Assembly (NCBI GenBank): GCA_012744445.1
Contig: JAAYBZ010000138.1
Location: forward strand, 845 to 64,844
Origin: Myxococcales bacterium
GTDB lineage: Bacteria > Myxococcota_A > Polyangia > Polyangiales > Houyiibacteriaceae
DNA: 64,000 bases
Direction of reading: 5' to 3'
This document shows, one piece after another, positions 1 to 8,140 of this stretch. Position numbers and translations under genes: made by a program. Under the pieces are notes generated by a model. The model worked only from the letters and a program-made list of their open reading frames with translations. It was not told where the DNA came from and made no database searches. Within the stretch, counting starts at the first letter, position 1; each line of letters starts with the position of its first letter.

Positions 1-61
1 AGAGCCTGACACCGGCCCCCCAAGGCGGAAGCCCGAGCCCAAGGCCCGCGCAGACCTGGGA

Positions 62-487
62 ATGAGCGCGCCCAGCCAGATCCCCCCCGACGTCCTCGAG
101 AGCTATCGCGCGGCCGAGTACGCGGTCTTCGGCGCAGAAGAATTCGTCCTCCGCGTCGATCGTTCCTCGACCGCGCTCGCGGCGCTCCAGCGCCAAGCGG
201 GCGTGCGCGAGAGCGTCTTCCTCACCGCCTGCAACCCCGAGAGCGTGCCGCTCGACGAGGCGACGAACGCCGCGCGCCAGGCCGAGCTCGCGCGCCTGCT
301 CGAAGAACGCGGCCTCCGCGTCCTCCCCGCCGAGGGAAGGAGCGCCACGCGCGATTGGGTCGAGCCGAGCTTCCTCGTGCTCGGGCTCGGGCTCGCCGAG
401 GCGGCGGAGCTCGGCCGACGCTTCCGCCAGAACGCCATCCTCCACGCGGCCGAGGACGGCGTGCCCCGGCTCATCTTGCTCCGCTGA
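62..487 (+). CDS. DUF3293-like conserved hypothetical protein
   Basis: 141-aa ORF with G/C-dominated third positions. The pattern FLTACNPES...WVEPSFLVLG...RFRQNAI recalls DUF3293 (from memory, not searched). Confidence 0.5.
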   Translation: MSAPSQIPPDVLESYRAAEYAVFGAEEFVLRVDRSSTALAALQRQAGVRESVFLTACNPESVPLDEATNAARQAELARLLEERGLRVLPAEGRSATRDWVEPSFLVLGLGLAEAAELGRRFRQNAILHAAEDGVPRLILLR

Positions 488-511
488 GGCCCCTTTTTCG
501 AGCCGCGCGGG

Positions 512-790
512 GTGATTATCTTGCGTGGGATGGACTGCCGACGCGGCCTCTCCCTCCTCGCCCTCGCGGCGCTCGTCGCCCTCCTCGCCGCCTGCAAGAA
601 GGAGCCGCCGCCCGCGCCGGAAGCGCCCGCTACCGCGGAGCCCGCCGAGCCCGAGCCCGAGGCCGAAGACGCGCCCGAGCCGGAGCCCGAGCCCGAGCCG
701 CCCCGCCCCGTCGAGCAGCTCTCCGAAGAAGAGCTCGAGGCCGAGTGCTTCCGCGGCCGCACCGAGGCCTGCGACCTCCTCGGCCATTGA
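512..790 (+). CDS. small acidic Pro/Glu-rich lipoprotein
   Basis: Signal peptide with lipobox LLAAC, followed by an EPEPEAEDAPEPEPEPEPP linker. The true start may be ATG 530 (MDCRRGLSLL...). Confidence 0.5.
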   Translation: MIILRGMDCRRGLSLLALAALVALLAACKKEPPPAPEAPATAEPAEPEPEAEDAPEPEPEPEPPRPVEQLSEEELEAECFRGRTEACDLLGH

Positions 791-835
791 TCCAACCCTT
801 GCCCCCGGACCTCCTGGTCCTACACTCGTTCCCCC

Positions 836-1930
836 GTGAGCTCGGCCCCGCGTGACTACTACACCGTGCTCGGCGTCTCGCGCGACGTCGACGCCGCCGG
901 GCTCAAGGCCGCGTACCGCAAGCTGGTCATCCAATACCACCCGGACCGGAACCCGGGCGACGCCGAGGCCGAGGCGCGCTTCCGCGAAGCCACGGAGGCG
1001 TACACCGTCCTCTCCGACGAGGAGCGGAGGAAGCGCTACGACCGCTACGGCCACGCCGCCTTCGGCGAGCCGGGCAAGTCGCCCTTCGAGGGCGGGGACT
1101 TCGGCTCGGTGGCCGACATGCTCGAGGGCCTCTTCGGCGAGGTCTTCCGGCGGCGCAAGAAGCACCTCGCCAAGGACCTCACCTACGACCTCACGGTCTC
1201 CTTCGTGGAGGCCGCGCTCGGCGCCGAGAAGAAGATCCGCGTCACGCGATCGGTGCCCTGCATGAGCTGCCGCGGCACGGGCGCCGCCCCCGGCTCCAAC
1301 CCGCCGCCCTGCGCCGAGTGCAAGGGCACGGGCGAGACCAAGCTCAAGCGCGGCTTCCTCTCGAGCACGCGCCCCTGCGTCGCCTGCGGCGGCAAGGGCG
1401 TGCGCATCCTCGAGCCCTGCCCCTCGTGCAGCGGCCGCGGCAAGGAGAAGCGCGAGGACGAGCTCACCGTGCGCATCCCCCCGGGCGTGCAGGACGGCGC
1501 CGTCCGCACGGTGCGCGGCGGTGGCGAGATCGAGCCCGACTCCAAGGGCGATCTCCACGTCACCGTCCACATCGAGAAGCACCCGCTCTTCGAGCGCGAC
1601 GGCGCCGACGTGCGCATGACGCTCCCGGTGAGCGTCCCGATGGCCGCGCTCGGCGCCACGGTCGAGGTGCCCACGCTCGAGGGCAAGGTGCAGATGAAGA
1701 TCCCGCCCGGCACGCAGAGCGGGAAGGTCTTCCGCCTGCGCGGACGCGGCATCCCCGTCTTCGGCGGCGCCGCCAAGGGCGATCAGCTCGTCACCATCCA
1801 GGTCGAGATCCCGCAAGGGCTCGGCCGCAAACACCGCAAGCTCCTCGAGGAGCTCGAGGAGAGCCTCCCCGCCGACGCCCATCCCGTGCGCGCGGCCTAC
1901 CTCGACACCCTCCGCAAGCTCGGTCTCTGA
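836..1930 (+). CDS. dnaJ: DnaJ (Hsp40) co-chaperone
   Basis: J-domain YYTVLGV...YHPDRNPGD, a short G/F region, four CxxCxGxG zinc-finger repeats (CMSCRGTG, CAECKGTG, CVACGGKG, CPSCSGRG) and C-terminal substrate-binding domains. Confidence 0.9.
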   Translation: MSSAPRDYYTVLGVSRDVDAAGLKAAYRKLVIQYHPDRNPGDAEAEARFREATEAYTVLSDEERRKRYDRYGHAAFGEPGKSPFEGGDFGSVADMLEGLFGEVFRRRKKHLAKDLTYDLTVSFVEAALGAEKKIRVTRSVPCMSCRGTGAAPGSNPPPCAECKGTGETKLKRGFLSSTRPCVACGGKGVRILEPCPSCSGRGKEKREDELTVRIPPGVQDGAVRTVRGGGEIEPDSKGDLHVTVHIEKHPLFERDGADVRMTLPVSVPMAALGATVEVPTLEGKVQMKIPPGTQSGKVFRLRGRGIPVFGGAAKGDQLVTIQVEIPQGLGRKHRKLLEELEESLPADAHPVRAAYLDTLRKLGL

Positions 1931-1942
1931 CGGGCCCCCGCG

Positions 1943-3280
1943 ATGTTCGAGGGCGGCTCGCGTGCTATTGCCCCGCCGATGGCCACCCCGCTCGAAGGCA
2001 TCCTCTCGCGGCTCGACGAAGCCCCGAGGCTCCGCGCCGAGGGACGCGTGGAGGCCGTCTCGGGCCTGGCCATCCGCGTGACCCTGCCGGGGGCCTTCGT
2101 CGGTGAGCACGTCGTCCTCGAGCGCTCGGTGGGCGGGCCGCTCGGCGCCGAGGTCGTGGGCCTCGAGCGCGATCGCGCCGTCCTCCTCGCGCACGGCGAG
2201 GTGAGCGGTCTCGCCGCGGGCGACGCGGTGAAGCCCACCGGCCACCCCCTGCGCATCCCCGTGGGGAGCGCGCTCCTCGGCCGCGTCCTCGACGGGCTCG
2301 GGCGTCCGCTCGACGGAGGCCCCGCGCTCCCCCCCACGGCCGCCATCGTGAACGATCCGCCGCCGCCGCTCTCGCGCCCGATGATCGGCGCGCCGCTCTC
2401 GACGGGCGTGCGCGCCATCGACGGCCTCCTCACGCTCGGCCGCGGCCAGCGCGTGGGCCTCTTCGCGGGGAGCGGCGTGGGCAAGAGCTCCCTCCTCGCG
2501 CAGATCGCGCAGATGACCGAGGCCGAGTGCTTCGTCGTCGCCCTCGTGGGCGAGCGCGGCCGCGAGGTGCGCGAATTCCTCGAAGACGGCCTCGGCGAAC
2601 AGGGCCGCGCGCGCGGCGTCGTCGTGGTGGCCACGAGCGATCGGCCCGCGCTCGAGCGGATGCGCGCCGTCGACGTCGCCACGCGCATCGCCGAATCGCT
2701 CCGCGACGAGGGCAAGGACGTGCTCCTCCTCGTCGACAGCGTCACGCGCTTCGCCCGCGCGGCGCGCGAGGTGGGGCTCGCGGCCGGCGAGCCGCCCACG
2801 CGGAGGGCCTATCCGCCGAGCGTCTTCGCCGCGCTCCCGCGACTCCTCGAGCGCGCGGGCCTCTCCGAGCACGGCTCCATCACCGCGCTCTACACGGTGC
2901 TCGTCGAGGCGGGCGACATGGAGGAGCCCATCGCCGACGAGATCCGCGGCATCCTCGACGGCCACATCGTCCTCGATCGCAAGCTCGCCTCGCGCGGGCA
3001 CTTCCCCGCCATCGACGTGCCCGCGAGCCTCTCGCGCCTCTTCCCCAAGCTCGTGTCCAAGCCCCACCGCGAGGCGGCCGCGCGCTTCCGCGCCCTCCTC
3101 GCGGCGCTCGCCGACAAGCTCGATCTGCACGCGATGGGCGCGATCGAGCCCGGTCGCGATCCGCTCTTCGATCGCGCGCTCGCGCGGCGCGACGCGCTCG
3201 AGGCCTTCCTGCGGCAGGCCCAGGACGAGCGCTCGGGCTTCGACGAGACCGTGCGCCGCCTCCTCGAGGTGAGCTCGTGA
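1943..3280 (+). CDS. FliI/SctN(YscN)-family type III secretion-type ATPase, orphan
   Basis: Walker A GSGVGKS and Walker B VLLLVDSVTR. Family blocks RAIDGLLTLGRGQRVG, VGERGREVREF, GEPPTRRAYPPSVF, GSITALYTVLVE and DGHIVLDRKLA..HFPAID are present. The ATG lies 12 nt after the dnaJ stop. Confidence 0.85.
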   Translation: MFEGGSRAIAPPMATPLEGILSRLDEAPRLRAEGRVEAVSGLAIRVTLPGAFVGEHVVLERSVGGPLGAEVVGLERDRAVLLAHGEVSGLAAGDAVKPTGHPLRIPVGSALLGRVLDGLGRPLDGGPALPPTAAIVNDPPPPLSRPMIGAPLSTGVRAIDGLLTLGRGQRVGLFAGSGVGKSSLLAQIAQMTEAECFVVALVGERGREVREFLEDGLGEQGRARGVVVVATSDRPALERMRAVDVATRIAESLRDEGKDVLLLVDSVTRFARAAREVGLAAGEPPTRRAYPPSVFAALPRLLERAGLSEHGSITALYTVLVEAGDMEEPIADEIRGILDGHIVLDRKLASRGHFPAIDVPASLSRLFPKLVSKPHREAAARFRALLAALADKLDLHAMGAIEPGRDPLFDRALARRDALEAFLRQAQDERSGFDETVRRLLEVSS

Positions 3281-5142
3281 ACGCGCTCGAGCGCGGCCTC
3301 GATCGCCTCCTCGCGATGCCTTCGCCGGCCACGGACGCGCTCGAGGAAGCGCTCCTCCGCGAAGCCGTCGAGGCGCTCCGCGCGCGCCCCTATTTCGGCG
3401 CCGGCCTCGTCGATGAGGGCGACGACCATGCGCTCCTCCTCGAGGCCACGGCGAGCGTGCGGCTCTTCGTGCTCCACCACTTCGTCACGCCCCTCGAGCG
3501 CGACGAGGCGACGACGCGCGCCGCGCTCCGCCTCGTCGAGGCGCTCGAAGCCCGCGAGGACGCGCTCGCCCGACAAGCGCCCGCCCCGCTCGCGCTCCGC
3601 CACGAAGTCCTGCGCTACCTCCACCCGAGGCCGCTTGCGCGGAACCTCGAGGGTCTCCGCGAGCTCCTCGCCCGCGTCGAGGCGATGCCCGAACGGCGCG
3701 GCATCTTCCGCTTCCTCCGCGACAAGGCGCACCAGCACCTCCAGTTCTATCGCCTCTTCTTCCGCGCCAAGGCCTACCTCGCGCGGACGCGCCGCATCCG
3801 CGAGAAGCTTCCCCCGCGCGTCCGCGCGCTCCCCGTCGCGCTCGAGACCTTCTCCGCCGTCGAGCAGATGGGGCCCATCGTCGACAACTTCGTCTTCGAC
3901 GGCCTCGGCAAGCCCGCCTCGGATCCCGCGGTCGCCATCGCCGACTTCGGCTTCCTCTACATGCAGATGGCGGACGAGCTCGTCGACTCGATCCTCCACC
4001 ACGCGGGCTACGAGCGCACCATCACGCTCGTGCGGCGGCTCGCGCTCTCGCCCGAGGGGCGCGCGGCCTTCGTGCCCTTCATGCACGTCGAGGCGGCCGA
4101 TCTCCACGAGGTCGGGCTCACCTTCGACTCACCGAACGAGAAGTACCGGACGACGCTCGGCGAGATGATCCTCGCTCTCCGCGAGCTGCGCGAAGTGATC
4201 GAGCGCGAGATCGAGCGGGTCGACGACGCGGAGGGTGTGCGGCGCGAGCTCTCCGCCTTCTTCCACCACTGCTTCTCGACCTTCCTCGACGAGCTCGAAT
4301 TCCTCCGCTCGCGGCCGGGCGCGCGCCTCGACAAGCTCCCGCTCGGCGAGACGCTCTTCCACTTCTACCGCAAGAACAACCTCGTGATGATGCGGTGGCT
4401 CGGCCTCCGCGCGCGGCTCCGCGGAATCGATCCGCGGATCCCGGAGAAGCGCATCCGCGCCTTCGGCTACGTGCTCGCCACCTTCCAGGTCTTCGACGAC
4501 CTCAAGGACCTCGCCGTCGACCTCGAGAAGCAGCCCAACTACGCGCTCCAGATCGCGGCGAGCCACCACCCGCACGAGCTCGCGCGCGCCGAGGCGCGCT
4601 TCTCCTCGCACCGCGAGGCCCTCCGCGTGCGCGACATCCCCTGGGTGAACCTCCGCATGCCCGGCACGGTCCTCACCTGCTTCCGCCTCGTGAAGCTCAT
4701 CGCGCGCTCGCACTTCTCGTGGTTCGAGGACTACGTGATCGATCTCCGCTGGCGCCGGAACTGGCTCGTCCGCCGCGGCAACTTCAACCCCGGCGAGGCG
4801 CGCGGACACCTCCTCGAGGAAGCGCTCGGCGAAGGGCGGCGCCTCCCGCTCCCGGCGCTCGCGCGCGCCGTGCTCCGCGAGCTCTCGGTGCTCCATCGCG
4901 ACGCGAGCCACGACGAGCTCCTCGCCTACGTCTTCGACGTGCTCGCCTTCGAGCGGCGCCCGGCGCTCTGCCTGGCCGCGCTCCCGAACCTCCACCGCGT
5001 CTACCGCATCCTCAACCTCTCGATGCGCATGGCGCCCGAGGAGAAGGCCCGGATCGTGCGCAAGATCCTCGAGATCGCGCCCGAGGAGGTCCTCGCCGTC
5101 GAGCCGCTCCCTCGTGACAACCCGGGTCTCCACGAGACATAG
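3277..5142 (+). CDS. 621-aa helical hypothetical protein with polyprenyl-synthase-like DDxxD signature
   Basis: GTG 3277 overlaps the TGA of the ATPase (GTGA). The region upstream of 3277 in the 871-aa track ORF is an Arg-rich shadow over the ATPase gene. Motifs are ATFQVFDDLKD (aa 403-411) and MADELVD (aa 231-237). Confidence 0.6.
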   Translation: MNALERGLDRLLAMPSPATDALEEALLREAVEALRARPYFGAGLVDEGDDHALLLEATASVRLFVLHHFVTPLERDEATTRAALRLVEALEAREDALARQAPAPLALRHEVLRYLHPRPLARNLEGLRELLARVEAMPERRGIFRFLRDKAHQHLQFYRLFFRAKAYLARTRRIREKLPPRVRALPVALETFSAVEQMGPIVDNFVFDGLGKPASDPAVAIADFGFLYMQMADELVDSILHHAGYERTITLVRRLALSPEGRAAFVPFMHVEAADLHEVGLTFDSPNEKYRTTLGEMILALRELREVIEREIERVDDAEGVRRELSAFFHHCFSTFLDELEFLRSRPGARLDKLPLGETLFHFYRKNNLVMMRWLGLRARLRGIDPRIPEKRIRAFGYVLATFQVFDDLKDLAVDLEKQPNYALQIAASHHPHELARAEARFSSHREALRVRDIPWVNLRMPGTVLTCFRLVKLIARSHFSWFEDYVIDLRWRRNWLVRRGNFNPGEARGHLLEEALGEGRRLPLPALARAVLRELSVLHRDASHDELLAYVFDVLAFERRPALCLAALPNLHRVYRILNLSMRMAPEEKARIVRKILEIAPEEVLAVEPLPRDNPGLHET

Positions 5143-5149
5143 TCGCGCC

Positions 5150-5521
5150 GTGGCCAGCCTCGAAGACAAGAAGCGCGCCGTCGCGCGCTACATCGAAACC
5201 GTCTCCGCGGGAGACCTCGACGGAATCCTCTCGCTCTACACCGAGGACGCGACGCTCGAAGATCCCGTGGGCTCGGCGCCCGTGGTGGGTCACGCCGCCA
5301 TCCGCGCCTTCTACGAGCGCGCGACCAAGATGGGCATCCGCCTCGAGCCCACCGGCCCCGTGCGCATCGCCGGCGACGAGGCGGCCTTCCCCTTCCGCGT
5401 GAGCACGGTAGGCGGCCCCAAGATGACCATCGACGTGATCGACGTCTTCCGCTTCGACGAGGCGGGCAAGGTCGTCTCCATGCGCGCCTACTGGGGCAAG
5501 GAGAACATGAAGATGGGCTGA
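5150..5521 (+). CDS. ksi: delta5-3-ketosteroid isomerase (NTF2/SnoaL fold)
   Basis: From GTG 5150 the 123-aa product matches the remembered Comamonas testosteroni KSI block for block: RYxxxxxAGDLDGI, DATLEDPVGS, AAIRAFY, FRFDEAGKVVSMRAYWGKEN. Tyr14, Asp38 and the Asp99 equivalent are in place. Confidence 0.8.
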   Translation: MASLEDKKRAVARYIETVSAGDLDGILSLYTEDATLEDPVGSAPVVGHAAIRAFYERATKMGIRLEPTGPVRIAGDEAAFPFRVSTVGGPKMTIDVIDVFRFDEAGKVVSMRAYWGKENMKMG

Positions 5522-5525
5522 GCCC

Positions 5526-6638
5526 TCACGCGCGCGAGGTGTCGCGCGTGACCACGCCACCCTGCACGTGGAAGTCCACGCGATCGCGCTCGAGCAAGAT
5601 GAACTCGGGGTGCGTGGTCGTGAGGAAGACCTGCCCGCCGAGGCGCGAGATGCGCTCGAAGAGCCGCCGACTGCGCGTGCGATCGAGCTCGCTCGAGACG
5701 TCGTCGAGCAGGAGGATCGGCACCATCCCGAGGCGCTCGGCCACGTAGTCGAGCTCGGCGATCTTCATCGAGAGCGCGAGCGCGCGGTGCTGCCCCTGGC
5801 TCGCGTGATGGCGCGCGCCCACCTCGCCGAAGCGGAGCTCGAGATCGTCGAGGTGAGGGCCATCGGCCGTGAAGCCGCGGGCCCGATCCACGGGCCACGC
5901 GGCCTCGAGCGCGCGCAGGATCGCGCCCTCGTCGCCCTCGACGCGCGGGGCGTAGCGGGCCTCGAGCCGGAGCACGTCCCCTACGACCTGCTGGAAGGCG
6001 GCCTCGATGCGCGGAGCGATCTCCGTGACGAGCGCGCGGCGGTGCTCGACGATGACGGCCCCGTGCCGGGCCAGGAGGACGTCGTAGGGGGCCACGGCCC
6101 GCCGATCGACCTCCACCTCCTTGAGGAGACGATTGCGGCTCCTGAGGGCCTTCTCGTAGGCCGCGAGGGCCTCCGCGTAGAGGGGGGCGGTGGGCTCGAG
6201 GAGCTCGTCGAGGTAGGCGCGGCGGATCTCGGCGCTCCCGGTCGAGAGCGAGAGGTGCCCCGGGTGGAAGATCACGACCGGCAGGCGCTTGCGGAGGACG
6301 GCGGCGCTCTTCGGGCGCTTCCCGTCGAGGGTCACGCGCCGGGTGCGGCCCCGACCGAGCGCGACCGCGACCACCTGCGAGGTGTGCTCCGCGGCCACGC
6401 GCATCTTGAGCACGGCGTCGCCTGCGCCTAGCGCGATCACGTCGTCGGTCTTGGCGTTCCGGAAGCTCCGGAGCGTGCCGAGGAGGTAGATCGCCTCGAG
6501 CAGGTTGCTCTTGCCGGCTCCGTTCTCCCCGTGGATGACGTTGAAGTGGGGACCGGGCTCGACGTCGAGCCCTTCGAGGTTACGGAAGCCGTGCGTGGCG
6601 ATGCGCTCGATGCGAAGCGCCCGCGGGCCTTCGGCCAC
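5526..6638 (-). CDS. recF: DNA replication and repair protein RecF
   Basis: N-terminal block FRNLEGLDVEPGPHFNVIHGENGAGKSNLLEAI, SMC-like Walker A/B and signature. Lies directly downstream of dnaN. Confidence 0.95.
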   Translation of the reverse strand: MAEGPRALRIERIATHGFRNLEGLDVEPGPHFNVIHGENGAGKSNLLEAIYLLGTLRSFRNAKTDDVIALGAGDAVLKMRVAAEHTSQVVAVALGRGRTRRVTLDGKRPKSAAVLRKRLPVVIFHPGHLSLSTGSAEIRRAYLDELLEPTAPLYAEALAAYEKALRSRNRLLKEVEVDRRAVAPYDVLLARHGAVIVEHRRALVTEIAPRIEAAFQQVVGDVLRLEARYAPRVEGDEGAILRALEAAWPVDRARGFTADGPHLDDLELRFGEVGARHHASQGQHRALALSMKIAELDYVAERLGMVPILLLDDVSSELDRTRSRRLFERISRLGGQVFLTTTHPEFILLERDRVDFHVQGGVVTRDTSRA

Positions 6639-6641
6639 GGA

Positions 6642-7766
6642 TCAGATCCGCATGGGCATGACCACGCCCACGAAGTCGACGTCGTCGCCGACCGGACGGA
6701 TCACGCCGGGGTCGAGCTCGCCCGAGAGCTCGAGCGAGACCTCGTCGTGGGAGAGGGCCTGGAGCGCGTCGAGGAGGTAGCGCGCGTTGAAGCCGATGGA
6801 GATCGAGTCGCCCGAGTAGTCGACGTCGACCTCCTCGAAGCCCTCGCCCACCTCGGGGTTCTGGCTCTGCACGCGGATGAGGCCCGGCTCGATGCAGAGC
6901 TGCACGCCGCCGCTCTTGTCGTGCGCGACGAGGCTGATGCGCCGGAGCGCCTCGACGAGGTTCGCGCGGCTCGCGACGATCTTCCGCGCGTGCTGCTTGG
7001 GGATGACCTTCTCGTAGGGCGGGAACTGCTCCTCCGCGAGCTTCACGCTGAGGAACTGTCCGTCGTGGCGGAAGAAGGCGCTGCCCGCGGCCTTGGCGAT
7101 GCCGATGACGGGCGCGCCGCCCTTGTCGAGCGCGCGGACGTCGTCGAGGAGCTTGCGGAGCTCGGTGACACCCTTGTGCGGGATCAGCATCGAGAAGTCG
7201 AAGCTCGCGCCCGGGACCTTGCGCTCGGCCTTGGAGAGGCGGTGGCCGTCGGTCGTGACCATGCGCACGATCTCGCCCTTGCCCTCGAAGAGCGTGCCCG
7301 AGAGGTGCGGGCGCGTGTCGTCCGACGACATGGAGTAGTGCGTGAGCGTGATGAGCTCGACGAGGCGATCGGCCGGGACCTCCGCGAAGGTCGCGTCGAC
7401 CGGCATGGGCAGCGGCGGGAAGTCGTGCCCCGGGAAGCCCGGCACCTTGTACTGCACCTTGCCGCAGCGGATGGTCAGACCCCGGTTCTCGCCGACCGTG
7501 ATGGAGACCTCGCCCTGCGGGAGCGCCCGCACGATGTCGTGCAGCATCTTCGCGGAGACGGCGATCTGCCCTTCACGCACGACCTTGGCGGGCACCGTGG
7601 AGGTGACGCCCTGGTAGAGGTCGGTCGCGCTGAGCCGGAGCGCCTCGTCGCCCTGCGTGGCGAGCAAGACGTTGGAGAGGATGGGCATCGAGCCCTTGCG
7701 CTCCGCGACGCCGTGAGTGCGGGAGAGACCTCGCAGAAGGTCTCGCTTGTCGATGCTGAGCTCCAT
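6642..7766 (-). CDS. dnaN: DNA polymerase III beta sliding clamp
   Basis: 374 aa. N-terminus MELSIDKRDLLRGL...PILSNVLLAT, with the three-domain clamp pattern and C-terminal VVMPMRI. Confidence 0.95.
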   Translation of the reverse strand: MELSIDKRDLLRGLSRTHGVAERKGSMPILSNVLLATQGDEALRLSATDLYQGVTSTVPAKVVREGQIAVSAKMLHDIVRALPQGEVSITVGENRGLTIRCGKVQYKVPGFPGHDFPPLPMPVDATFAEVPADRLVELITLTHYSMSSDDTRPHLSGTLFEGKGEIVRMVTTDGHRLSKAERKVPGASFDFSMLIPHKGVTELRKLLDDVRALDKGGAPVIGIAKAAGSAFFRHDGQFLSVKLAEEQFPPYEKVIPKQHARKIVASRANLVEALRRISLVAHDKSGGVQLCIEPGLIRVQSQNPEVGEGFEEVDVDYSGDSISIGFNARYLLDALQALSHDEVSLELSGELDPGVIRPVGDDVDFVGVVMPMRI

Positions 7767-7786
7767 GGGTCCAGGCTTTAGGGGTC

Positions 7787-7872
7787 GATCAGGCTTCGAG
7801 ATCGATCTGGGAAATTTAAAGATCGATCACGATCATCAGGGGTGTGGATTGGGGATGTTGGCCGCGAAGATC
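7787..7872. repeat. GATC-dense, locally AT-rich segment next to the DnaA-box array
   Basis: Seven GATC sites in 86 bp (7787, 7800, 7804, 7821, 7825, 7831, 7869), including GATCGATC twice. An all-A/T 9-mer AAATTTAAA sits at 7812-7820. Confidence 0.6.
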
Positions 7873-7983
7873 GCAATTTTCAACGGCAAATCGCGACGCG
7901 GAGCGGTGGATGGAAAAGTGGACACCTCGTGGATGAGTTTTTCCACAGCCTGTCCACGGGCGATGTCCAGAGCCTTGTCCACC
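7843..7983. promoter_or_regulatory. DnaA-box cluster upstream of dnaN (candidate oriC core)
   Basis: Seven 9-mers match TT(A/G)TCCACA at >=7/9. Reverse-oriented: 7843-7851, 7917-7925, 7928-7936. Forward: 7939-7947 TTTTCCACA, 7950-7958, 7963-7971, 7975-7983 TTGTCCACC. Confidence 0.5.
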
Positions 7984-8116
7984 GGATGCTCACATGCGAG
8001 AAAGTGAGACTATATCCTACATGAGCGAGAGACCATCCCCCGCGTCACGGCGCCCATGATGGATGAGGCCCCCTGGGGTGTCGAGCACCCCCCGCGGCTT
8101 CTCGCTTGGTTCGATC

Positions 8117-8130
8117 TAGAACGTGTTCTA
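8117..8130. promoter_or_regulatory. KstR-type operator-like palindrome TAGAACGTGTTCTA
   Basis: Perfect fit to TnnAACnnGTTnnA with fully inverted arms TAGAAC/GTTCTA. It lies 10 nt upstream of the ATG of the KshA-like gene. Confidence 0.4.
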
Positions 8131-8140
8131 TTCTCGGGCG

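Noticed and set aside
103-795. 230-aa minus-strand ORF rich in Ser/Arg/Ala, plus overlapping plus-strand ORFs 355-855 and 525-839
   Set aside because: It is antisense or out of frame to two better-supported genes. The low-complexity Arg/Ser/Pro composition is typical of shadow frames in very GC-rich DNA.
2527-3276. N-terminal 250 codons of the 871-aa track ORF
   Set aside because: The Arg/Pro-rich sequence fully overlaps the well-conserved ATPase gene in another frame. A GTGA-coupled start at 3277 is more plausible.
7717-8024. Small ORFs inside the dnaN-upstream spacer (7717-8007, 7842-8024) and inside the dnaA-upstream spacer (42725-43036, 43055-43264)
   Set aside because: They have atypical codon usage for this genome and no family resemblance. 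The regions are better explained as DnaA-box or regulatory DNA.
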